Origin: Planctomycetota bacterium
GTDB lineage: Bacteria > Planctomycetota > SZUA-567 > H5-PLA8
Direction: 5' to 3'
Length of the DNA stretch: 64,000 nucleotides
Assembly: GCA_035628505.1 (NCBI GenBank)
Contig: DASPJR010000215.1
Span: 1,808 to 65,807 of the forward strand
Part shown: positions 16,751 through 25,900 of the stretch, piece after piece
Layout of the letters: every line of letters starts with the position of its first letter
How positions within the stretch are numbered: the stretch's first letter is position 1
The notes under the pieces: generated by a model
The model's database searches: none
What the model was told of the DNA's origin: nothing
What the model saw: the letters and a program-made list of their open reading frames with translations, nothing else
Made by a program: the position numbers and the translations under genes

Positions 16751-19240
16751 ATGAAACGCGTGCTGCCCATGTTAGTCGCTCTGGCGATATTGCGGGGATG
16801 GGCCGCAGAGCCAGCCGGCGCTGCTGTCACGCTCGCTGCGGACGGCAAGGCGCAACTGCCGATCGTCACAGCGAAAGCTGCAACCGCGCGTGTTCAGAAG
16901 AGTGCGGCCACGCTCGCGAGCTACCTGCAGAAGATCAGCGGTGCCGCTTTTGAATTAGTTACGGGTGACGGAGCCAGCGGAATTGCTGTCGGTACTATCT
17001 CGGATTTTCCGGAACTGCAGCTCGCTCAGCCGTGGGATCCGGCCAATCCAGCTCAGCGCGAAGACTATCTCATCCATACTCACGCTCGCGGGATTCTCCT
17101 GATCGGCGCAAGCGAACTCGCGGTTGAGCATGCCGTGTGGGATATGCTTTACCGCCTCGGGTACCGTCAATTTTTTCCGGGGCCGACGTGGGAAGTCATT
17201 CCCGAAAGCCGCACGTTGACGATCAATTTTCAGGTCCGAGAGCACCCCGCTTACAACGCCAGGCGCATCTGGTACGCCAACGGAATGGGCGATTGGTCGA
17301 AGCCGCTTTACGCCGATTGGTGTGCGCGCAACCGCGCTGTCAGCGGCATCGAAGTGAATAGCGGGCATGCTTACGATGGCATCATCAAGCGCAACCAGGC
17401 GGAATTCGACAAGCACCCGGAGTACCTCGGCCTGGTGGATGGCAAGCGAACGTCGAGCAAGTTCTGCATATCCAACCCGGGTTTGCGCGAGCTGGTCAAA
17501 CAGGACGCCTTGCGGCAGATTGAGAAAAACCCGGCGCTGCAGAGCGTCTCCATCGATCCAAGCGACGGCGGCGGCTGGTGCGAGTGCGAAAACTGCAGAA
17601 AGCTGGGGAGCATCTCCGACCATGCCGTCATGCTCGCCAATGAGCTGGCGGAGACACTCACCGCAAAATACCCGGACAAATTCGTGGGCATGTACGCCTA
17701 CAATCATCATTCCCCGCCGCCAACCATACGCGTTCACCCGCGCGTGGTGATCAACGTTGCGACGGCTTTCATCAAGGGTGACTACACTGTCGAGGCGCTG
17801 CTGGAGGGCTGGCAGAAGCAGGGCGCGACAACCGGCATTCGCGAATACTACAGCGTTCACGCGTGGGACCGCGACCTGCCTGGTCGCGCGCGCGGCGCGA
17901 ACCCGGAGTACCTGCGCAAAACGATTCCGCACTTCCACGAACGCGGAGCGCGCTTCATGTCCGCTGAATCCAGCGATAACTGGGGCTGCAACGGCCTCGG
18001 CTATTACCTGGCTGCCCGAATGCTCTGGGATGTGCGCGAGGGCGCCCGCGTCGAGCAGCTCAAGGTCGACTTCTTTGAAAAGGCTTTCGGCCCGGCAAAG
18101 GAAACGATGTCGCGCTTTTATGCGCTCATCGATGCCTCGAGCAAGCCGCTGCTGTCGGATGATCTGATCGGCCGCATGTACCGCCTGCTCGCCGAAGCAC
18201 GCTCGCAGAGCACCGTTCCAGCCATTCGCAGGCGCTGCGAGGATCTGATTCTTTATACGCGTTACGTTGAACTCTGGTCGGACTACACGCTGTCTGAAAA
18301 CTCCAAACGGCAGGACGCCTTTGAGGCGCTCGCGCGTTTTGCTTACCGCATTCGCACAACGGGGATGGTTCATACCAGCGGGCTCATACGTGACCTGCCC
18401 AAGCGCGACAAGACCATTCGGGTTCCGAAGGAAGCCGAACGCAATGTTCCGCCCGGAAAAAACATCTGGATGAGCAGCGAACCGTTCACGGCCGAGGAAA
18501 TCGACAAATTGCTGGCAGCTGGAATCGAGCGCCGCAAGCCCTTCGACTTCCAGCCGGTATCTTTCGAAGACAACCTCGTACCGGCAACGCCGCTCAATCT
18601 TCCCTCAGTCGCGACGGGTAGCTTTGGAGGTCTCAGCCGCGGTTCGCGTGTGTATCACACCTGGCTGAGCGCGGCGCCCGGCACGGTGCGGCTGACCGCG
18701 ACAGCTGGCCTCGTCTACGACAGCCGAGGCGCAGCGAAGCTCGGACTCTTTCCTCAGGCAGAAGCCGAAGGCAACTCAGTCGCCGACGCTGACGTCGAGC
18801 CTGACAAGCAGCCGCACGAGGTTCAGCTCTCCTCGACTTATCCCGGCCATCATCGCGTGGAGATCAGCGACCGCATGGCGGGTACGGAAGTCTCGTGGAC
18901 CGAGGGTACGCCCATGTGTGTGCAGTCGAGCCCGGATGTTCCGGCCACGTTCTGGCGCCCGTGGACGCTCTATTTTTACGTGCCGAGAGGCACGCAGATC
19001 ATTGGCGGCTTCGCGTCAGGCAAAGGCACGCTGCGTGATCCATCGGGAAAAGCCGCGTTTGTATTCAAAAAAGAGCCGCAGTATTTCAGCGTGCCCGTGC
19101 CGCCGGGTAGCGATGGCGGGCTCTGGAAGTTCGAAAACTGCGAGGGGCAGCGCCTTCTCATGACGGTGCCGCCTTATCTTGCACGCAATGAGAAAGAGCT
19201 GCTGCTCCCGGCGAGCGTGGTTGCGCGCGATCGCAAATGA
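16751..19240 (+). CDS. large secreted hypothetical protein (possible glycoside-hydrolase-like / DUF4838-like). Contains WCECENC Cys cluster.
   Basis: 829-aa ORF. RBS gaaggagg lies 6 nt before ATG. Signal peptide MKRVLPMLVALAILRGWAA. Family assignment is tentative. Confidence 0.6.
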   Translation: MKRVLPMLVALAILRGWAAEPAGAAVTLAADGKAQLPIVTAKAATARVQKSAATLASYLQKISGAAFELVTGDGASGIAVGTISDFPELQLAQPWDPANPAQREDYLIHTHARGILLIGASELAVEHAVWDMLYRLGYRQFFPGPTWEVIPESRTLTINFQVREHPAYNARRIWYANGMGDWSKPLYADWCARNRAVSGIEVNSGHAYDGIIKRNQAEFDKHPEYLGLVDGKRTSSKFCISNPGLRELVKQDALRQIEKNPALQSVSIDPSDGGGWCECENCRKLGSISDHAVMLANELAETLTAKYPDKFVGMYAYNHHSPPPTIRVHPRVVINVATAFIKGDYTVEALLEGWQKQGATTGIREYYSVHAWDRDLPGRARGANPEYLRKTIPHFHERGARFMSAESSDNWGCNGLGYYLAARMLWDVREGARVEQLKVDFFEKAFGPAKETMSRFYALIDASSKPLLSDDLIGRMYRLLAEARSQSTVPAIRRRCEDLILYTRYVELWSDYTLSENSKRQDAFEALARFAYRIRTTGMVHTSGLIRDLPKRDKTIRVPKEAERNVPPGKNIWMSSEPFTAEEIDKLLAAGIERRKPFDFQPVSFEDNLVPATPLNLPSVATGSFGGLSRGSRVYHTWLSAAPGTVRLTATAGLVYDSRGAAKLGLFPQAEAEGNSVADADVEPDKQPHEVQLSSTYPGHHRVEISDRMAGTEVSWTEGTPMCVQSSPDVPATFWRPWTLYFYVPRGTQIIGGFASGKGTLRDPSGKAAFVFKKEPQYFSVPVPPGSDGGLWKFENCEGQRLLMTVPPYLARNEKELLLPASVVARDRK

Positions 19241-19247
19241 GCGGGCG

Positions 19248-20267
19248 CTATTTCTTTGCGGCGGGGAATTCCTCTTTAGCGTATTTCTCGAACGCGGCTG
19301 CGATACCCGCAGCTTTCTCATCGCCTTTGTGGAAAATAATCCGGTGGCGCAGGACGATGCGTTCGCCGGGGGGAATTGTGATTTTTCCGTCCTCGGCATT
19401 CCTGTCCAGGCTTCGAACACCAAACGGATTGGCGGTGAACAGGCCGTAGGTGCGAACGTGCCACGGAGTGGGATAACGGAAGCTTGAGGGGTGGTTGAGG
19501 ATGGCGATGCCGAGCGTTTCGCCGTCCACCGGTCCGTAATAGTCGCACCACTTTGCGCGCTTGCCCCAGGCAGCCGCGTCGGTGTGGCCTTCGCTGTTGA
19601 TAATGCGGCCGCCCAGTTTGGTATCCACGGCCATCGACGTGGGCACGCGCACGCTGAAGCCGGCGTCTTTACGGTCGTCAAACGTCAGCGGCCCATCGGT
19701 GGCGATGAAGTCGATGTCGTAATCGATAATGCGCGCCTCGCCGTCAACCCGGAACGTCAGTCGCCGCAGATCCTCAAACGATTTCTTCCCGTCGAAACCC
19801 ATGTACGCGTTGCTTGCGACGATAACGGCCTTGTCCGTGGTCGCACTCACTTCTTTGAATTCCAGATGCTTGATTGCACCAAGCTTCGCCAATCTGTGCG
19901 TCAGCTTTGGGTTTTCGAGAAAGGTTGTTTTCTCGTGCCACGTATCAGAGCCATTGGCGACTTCGTGTCCGAAATAAATGGAACGATGATGGGGATGATC
20001 ATGCTGCTCGCCGTCGATTTTCTTCACGGGGTAAGCGCGCGTCATGGCTTTTCCGGTCGGACCAATTACCGGCCAGAGGTACGGCTTGTTCTCCTCACCG
20101 ATCAGGTAATCCGTGAAGAGCTCGCCATTGAGCTTCACCGTGACGCCGCGTTCGGTTTTTTCGACCGAGAATCCTTCGCCCGCACAGGCAGTAAACGCGG
20201 CAAAGGCGAACACACAGAGAATGTACTTATGAGTAGTCACTGCTTCCCTCCGGGCATTTCGGACCAC
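19248..20267 (-). CDS. PmoA-family (DUF6807) secreted protein
   Basis: GTG start. Signal peptide (KYILCVFAFAAFTACA). Conserved EQHDHPHHRSIYFGHE block typical of the PmoA/DUF6807 family. Confidence 0.7.
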   Translation of the reverse strand: MVRNARREAVTTHKYILCVFAFAAFTACAGEGFSVEKTERGVTVKLNGELFTDYLIGEENKPYLWPVIGPTGKAMTRAYPVKKIDGEQHDHPHHRSIYFGHEVANGSDTWHEKTTFLENPKLTHRLAKLGAIKHLEFKEVSATTDKAVIVASNAYMGFDGKKSFEDLRRLTFRVDGEARIIDYDIDFIATDGPLTFDDRKDAGFSVRVPTSMAVDTKLGGRIINSEGHTDAAAWGKRAKWCDYYGPVDGETLGIAILNHPSSFRYPTPWHVRTYGLFTANPFGVRSLDRNAEDGKITIPPGERIVLRHRIIFHKGDEKAAGIAAAFEKYAKEEFPAAKK

Positions 20268-20430
20268 TTTCAGGTCACCAGTGTCACTCCAGCATACGCC
20301 GATGCTGGCAAAAGTGTCGAAACCGCCCGCGTTTATCTTCGATCAACATCCGGCGTCGTCAGTTCTATGGCGACACGCGGCTCCGCTGCCGCAAGTGGCA
20401 GAGCGAGCAACGTAAGGAGCACGGCTGCTA

Positions 20431-21891
20431 TTACTTTTTCTTGTCCCCGACAGGGACCTGCGGTTTGGCTTCCGGATGAGTAGCCAGCAGCGCGGTAAGT
20501 TTCGCGACGACCTCCGGCTGTTCGGCAGCGAGGTTTTTCGTCTCGCCCGGATCAGCCTGATAATCGTAAAGCTCAAACACGGCCGTGCTGGCCGGCGCAC
20601 CCGGCTTCTTCCATTCGACCAGGCGGTATCGCTCGGTGCGGATTGCGCGTCCCAGCATCCCGCCGCCGCGCGGATAAACGTGAATGATGTGGTCGCGTGC
20701 CGCAGCCGCTGGATCACGCACGACTTTTGCGAAACTTCTGCCGTCGATTCCTGTCGGTACAGGCACGCCGGCGAGTTCAGCAAGCGTCGGATAAACGTCG
20801 ACCGTCTCGATCAGCGCCTGCGTGCGCGCGCCTTTCGCCCCCGGCAGCGCGAGGATGAACGGGATGCGCGCGGCTTCCTCATAATTCGTATGCTTGCACC
20901 ACATTCCGTGGTCGCCGAGATGAAAGCCATGATCGCCCCACAGCATGACAATCGTGTTCTTGCTTAAGCCTGTTTCGTCCAGCGCATCCAGCACGCGACC
21001 GATCTGCGCATCGGCGTAGCTGGTCGCGGCATAGTAGCCGTGGATCAGCTGGCGCGAAAGATCCGGCCCCATTGGGCCGTCCTGTGGAATTGCGGCGTAC
21101 TGCCGCAGCTCGCCGCCAAACTGCGGAGCGAACTTTGGCGCGCCGTCCGGCGGAGTCAACCGTGCGGCCTGCGGAAGCTTCTGCGGATCGTAAAGGTCCC
21201 AGTACTTTTTCGGCGCAACAAAAGGCAGGTGCGGGCGGATGAATCCGACAGCCATGAAGAAAGGCTCGTCCTTATCTTTCGCCGCCTGGAGACGCCGCAC
21301 GGCCTCGGCCGCAATTTTTCCATCCGCGTACGTGTCATCCGATACATCCGCGCACTCCAGCGCCTTGCCGCGCGGCAGGTTCTCCGGCTTAGACTTGTCG
21401 GCGTTCGGGTCCGCCGGCGGCGCGTTGTTCTCCTTTAGTGCGTATTGCGGTGCGCGCGGTGAGAAGTGCGGCACGCTCCAGGAGGCCGCGTCTTCACGAT
21501 TGCCGTGTCCAGTATGAAAGATTTTCCCCATCGCTTCCGTACGATAGCCACTCTTCTGAAAATGCTGCGCTATCGTTAGGGCATCCGGCACGGCCTTGCG
21601 GAAATTTGTTGCCAGATCGTAAATCCCCAGCGTCTGCGGACGCAGGCCGAGCATCAATGCGTTGCGCGAAGGCGAGCAGACCGCCTGGTTGCAGTACGCG
21701 CGTTCAAAGAGCACGCCGCGGCTGGCGAGCTTGTCCATGCTGGGCGTTCTGGCGAATGTTTCGCCGTAGCAGCCGAGCAGCGGTTTGAGATCGTCAACGC
21801 AGATGAACAGGACGTTCGGTTTGACCGGCTCGCCGGCACAAAGCGTCAGCGACGCCAGCGCGCAAGCAATCAATAGCGCAAAAACGTGCAC
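20431..21891 (-). CDS. Cys-type sulfatase (iduronate-2-sulfatase-like)
   Basis: Signal peptide, then LFICVDDLKP...CSPSRNALMLG (the C-x-P-x-R formylglycine motif). Also GDHG and metal-ligand regions. Confidence 0.9.
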   Translation of the reverse strand: MHVFALLIACALASLTLCAGEPVKPNVLFICVDDLKPLLGCYGETFARTPSMDKLASRGVLFERAYCNQAVCSPSRNALMLGLRPQTLGIYDLATNFRKAVPDALTIAQHFQKSGYRTEAMGKIFHTGHGNREDAASWSVPHFSPRAPQYALKENNAPPADPNADKSKPENLPRGKALECADVSDDTYADGKIAAEAVRRLQAAKDKDEPFFMAVGFIRPHLPFVAPKKYWDLYDPQKLPQAARLTPPDGAPKFAPQFGGELRQYAAIPQDGPMGPDLSRQLIHGYYAATSYADAQIGRVLDALDETGLSKNTIVMLWGDHGFHLGDHGMWCKHTNYEEAARIPFILALPGAKGARTQALIETVDVYPTLAELAGVPVPTGIDGRSFAKVVRDPAAAARDHIIHVYPRGGGMLGRAIRTERYRLVEWKKPGAPASTAVFELYDYQADPGETKNLAAEQPEVVAKLTALLATHPEAKPQVPVGDKKK

Positions 21892-21918
21892 GTTTTCTCC
21901 TTCGTGGTTACAGCGCGC

Positions 21919-22869
21919 TCAGCGCTTCTGGCGCAGCGAAAGCTGGTACTCGGACGGCGACAACCCCGTTGCGCGGCGGAAAACCTTGGCGAAGTAATTT
22001 CCGTTGGCAAAACCGGTTTGCCGCGCGATCTCCTTCATGGATACCCCGCCGCGCACCAAAAAGTCTTTTGCACGCTGAATGCGAATCTGCGCCAGCATTT
22101 CAAAGAGGGCGATACCGTATTCCTGCGAAAAGCCGCGGCAGAGATGGAACGGGCTGACATCAAAATGTAGCGCGAGACCCTCGAGTCCGATGGGTTCGGC
22201 GCAATGCTGGACAAGGTAGTCATGGACGCGGCGCATCAGATCGTTGCGCTTGCGCCGGGCCAGGGCACGGCGTGCTTCCGGATCGGGCGAATAGCGGTGG
22301 TGCGCGTAACGCAGAAGCGCGAGCAGGATTTCAAGCAGCGTCACACGCATCCGCTGCGGCGCGCCTGCGCTCTCGCCGCGGTACTCGTCCTCAAGTTCCT
22401 TAAGCATCATCTGCAGGTGCATGCGCGCGCTTTCATTTTTAAACGGCACGCCTGCTCCGAGCTCCCGCAGGCTTTTTTCAAGGCCTGGCGCGCGGAAAAA
22501 GACATAGAGCGCGCGATAGTCCTCGCCTTTGGCACGAATGTCCTTGTGCGGCGTGCCTTGAGGAATAATGAAGACGTCACCCGGGCCGACGTCGAACGTC
22601 CGCTTGCGCAGCTCGATGCGAGCATGTCCCTGCCGGACCTGGATCAATTCATGCGTGGGCGTGGCATGGAAGCGCTCTGCCCACTGGTCACCGACAGAGA
22701 CCTCATCGAGCTCATAAAGCACCGGGAGCGCCGAAAGGCCGCGTTCAAGTGCGCGTGTCCAGGCATCCTCTGGCGGTTTCTGCAGGAGGCACGCGGCCCG
22801 ATCCCACGTCTGCTCCGGGCTGGCTTTCGGCATACACGCGACGGTACAAAAATTTACCCTTCTTTGCAA
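21919..22869 (-). CDS. AraC-family transcriptional regulator (cupin sensor + HTH)
   Basis: C-terminal AraC HTH (IARQTGFANGNYFAKVFRRATGLSPSEYQ). N-terminal cupin-like region. Start ambiguous (22869 or internal MPKASPEQ at 22833). Confidence 0.85.
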   Translation of the reverse strand: MQRRVNFCTVACMPKASPEQTWDRAACLLQKPPEDAWTRALERGLSALPVLYELDEVSVGDQWAERFHATPTHELIQVRQGHARIELRKRTFDVGPGDVFIIPQGTPHKDIRAKGEDYRALYVFFRAPGLEKSLRELGAGVPFKNESARMHLQMMLKELEDEYRGESAGAPQRMRVTLLEILLALLRYAHHRYSPDPEARRALARRKRNDLMRRVHDYLVQHCAEPIGLEGLALHFDVSPFHLCRGFSQEYGIALFEMLAQIRIQRAKDFLVRGGVSMKEIARQTGFANGNYFAKVFRRATGLSPSEYQLSLRQKR

Positions 22870-22902
22870 GACGAGGAAGCCGCGTGCGCTGGAGGCAACT
22901 GT

Positions 22903-25900
22903 ATGTATAAACAGTGGATTGCCACCCGGAGAACGCGTATGCGCTTTAGCATTCCTTTGTCTTTTCTGTTCTGCGTGCTGACCTGGACGTGCGTGTCTGG
23001 TGAAAACGCCTTTCGAGCAGGCATCGCGAGTGTCGACATCTCACCGCAGAAATTTCCGGTGCGCGTCAACGGTGGCTTCACTTCGCGCGAAGCGGGCAAA
23101 CTTCTCGATACATTGGAAGCCAAAGCGCTGGCGCTCGACGATGGCAAAATGCGCATCGTGATTGTCCTCGTCGATTCCTGCATGCTCCCGCGCACGCTGA
23201 TAGACGAAGCCAAGGAACTCGCCGCGAAGACTACAAAAATCCCGACCGAGAACATGCTCGTGGCTGCCACGCACACGCATTCGGCGCCGTCCGCGATGGG
23301 CTGTTTAGGCACGCCCCCTGATGACGTTTACCCGCAGCTGCTTCCCGGCAAAATTTCGCAGGTTATCGAGAACGCCGTCGCGGCGTTGCAGCCCGCGAAG
23401 GTAGGGTGGGGCTCCGTGCAGGCGCCGGAGTACACCAACTGCCGGCGCTGGATCCGCCGCTTCGACAAGTTGCTCACTGACCCGTTCGGTGAAAAGAACG
23501 TTAAGGCGAACATGCATCCGGGCTACCTCAGTCCCGATGCGATCGGCCCGAGCGGGCCCGTCGATTCGGAACTGGGGATTCTGTCGGTGCAGACGGCAGA
23601 CGGCAAGCCGCTGGCTTTGCTCGCCAACTATTCGATGCACTACTTCGGTGCGGGCATGCTCTCGTCGGACTACTTCGGGCGCTTCGCGAAGGAGGTCGCC
23701 CGCCGCATTGCTCCGCAGCAGGATGCGAATTCGTTTCTAGTCATCATGTCGCAGGGCACCAGCGGCGATCTATACTGGGCCGATTACAGCAAGCCGGCGA
23801 AAAGTCTCGGCATGGATGAATACGCCGCAGCAATGGCGGCCAAGGCCCAGGCCGTCTACGAAAAAATCAAGCATCAGGATTCACTGACGCTCGCCATGCG
23901 CGAGGCGAAGCTGACTCTTGGCTTCAGGCTCGCCGATGAAAAACGGATGGCGTGGGCGAAATCCGTTGTCGCGGGACTCAACGGACGTCTGCCGAAAACG
24001 ATTCCCGAAGTTTACGCGCATGAACAGATCTTTCTGGCCGAGCGGCCCACGGCGGAGCTCAAGCTGCAGGCTGTTCGCATCGGGGACATGGCTTTCACAG
24101 CGATTCCCAACGAGGTGTATTCGATCACCGGCCTCAAGCTGAAGGCGCAGAGCCCCCTGAAGCCCACCTTTAATATTGAGCTCGCCAACGGCTCTGAAGG
24201 CTACATTCCTCCGCCCGAGCAGCACACGCTAGGCGGTTACACAACATGGCCCGCGCGCACCGCCGGACTTGAGGTTCAGGCCGAGCCACGCATAGTCGAA
24301 GCGCTGCTCAAGCTGCTGGAGGACGTTTCGGGTAAGCCGCGCCAGAAGCTCATCGACACGCACGGCGCGTACGCTGAAAATGTGCTCAAGGCCAAGCCGC
24401 TTGCGTATTACCGCTTGAACGAGATCAGCCTGCCGCAGGCGCTCGACGCGAGCGGCAATGGCCGCCACGCGCAGTACGAAGAGAAGATCGCGCTCTATCT
24501 CAGCGGCCCCGACTCAGCAGCGTTCTCCGGCGAAGCAGTCAACCGTGCGCCGCATTTCGCGGGCGGCCGCCTGCGCGCGCCGGCAAAGCCAGGTGGCAAA
24601 TACTCGGTCTCGTTCTGGCTCTGGAATGGCTTGCCCAAAGACGTACGCGACGTTGCCGGCTACGCCTTCTCCTATGGCGCCGATAAGGCCGCGCAAGCGC
24701 CAGGAGATCATTTGGCCATCGGCGGCAAAGCCATTGCCGGAGGCAAGGTTCTCTTTTTTAACGGCGACACGCTCAATCAGGTTCTTGAAGGCAAGACTGA
24801 AATACCGCTCAAGACGTGGGTACATGTCGCTCTCGTGCGCGATGGCAAAAACGTCATCGTTTATCTGAACGGCAAACCTGAAATCACCGGCGAGGCAGCC
24901 AGCAGCGTTCCGGCCGAAGGCGCCGAGTTCTTCTTTGGCGGACGCAACGATCATTTGTTTGATTGGGAAGGCAAACTCGACGAAGCGGCGATTTTCGATC
25001 GCGTGTTGAGCGCCGACGAAGTCGCGGCTCAGTTTGCGGCGTCTGGCATGCCTGGCATCGCCGCTGCGCCCGAAGCGGCTCCCAAGACCCCGGCACAGAA
25101 TCTGAAAGCGCCCACGCCGCAGGAAGCACTCGCGGCGCTTCGCGTCAAAGACGGCTTTGAGGTTCAGCTCGTTGCGGCCGAACCGCTCACGCTCGATCCG
25201 GTCGCCTTCGACTGGGGGCCTGATGGACGCCTCTGGGTTGCCGAAATGGCCGATTATCCGCTTGGTATGGATGGAAAAATGAAGCCGGGCGGTCGCATCC
25301 GCGTACTGGAAGATACGAATGGCGACGGCGTGTACGACAAGTCGACACTGTTCATGGACGACGTGCGCATGCCCACTGGCATCATGGTCTGGCGCGGCGG
25401 CGTTTTAGTCAGCGCGGCGCCTGAAATCATTTTTGCGTCGGACACAAATGGCGACGGCAAGGCCGACGAAAGGAAGGTGCTCTACAGCGGTTTCAAGGAA
25501 GGCAATCCGCAGCTGCGCGTCAACGCCCTGCGCTGGGGGCTCGATGGCTGGGTTTACTGCGCCAACGGCTGGAGCAACGGCACGGTCAAATCCGCAGCGA
25601 CCGGCGAGAGCGTCGATATCAGCGGGCGCGATCTGCGCATTCAGCCCGACACGGGGCGGATGGAAACGATCTCCGGCGTGACGCAGTTCGGCCGCGAGCG
25701 CGACGACTTTGACCACTGGTTCGGCGTGAACAATAGCTTTCCCGTGTGGCATTACGTGCTGAACGAACGGTACGCCAAGCGCAATCCGCACGTCCCGGCG
25801 CTCGATCCGATCAAGCAGCTTGTTCTGCCGCGCAACCCCAAGATCTTCCCGATCGCACCTCCCGAAAAACGCTATCACAGCTTCAACGAAGCCGGCCGCT

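Noticed and set aside
16955-18373. 472-aa minus-strand ORF
   Set aside because: It is antisense to the 829-aa secreted protein gene and is an Arg-rich junk frame.
22204-22902. ORF-track start of the 1910-aa ORF at 22204
   Set aside because: This stretch runs antisense through the entire AraC gene in an Arg/Ala-rich frame with no homology. The signal peptide and RBS-compatible start are at 22903/22939.
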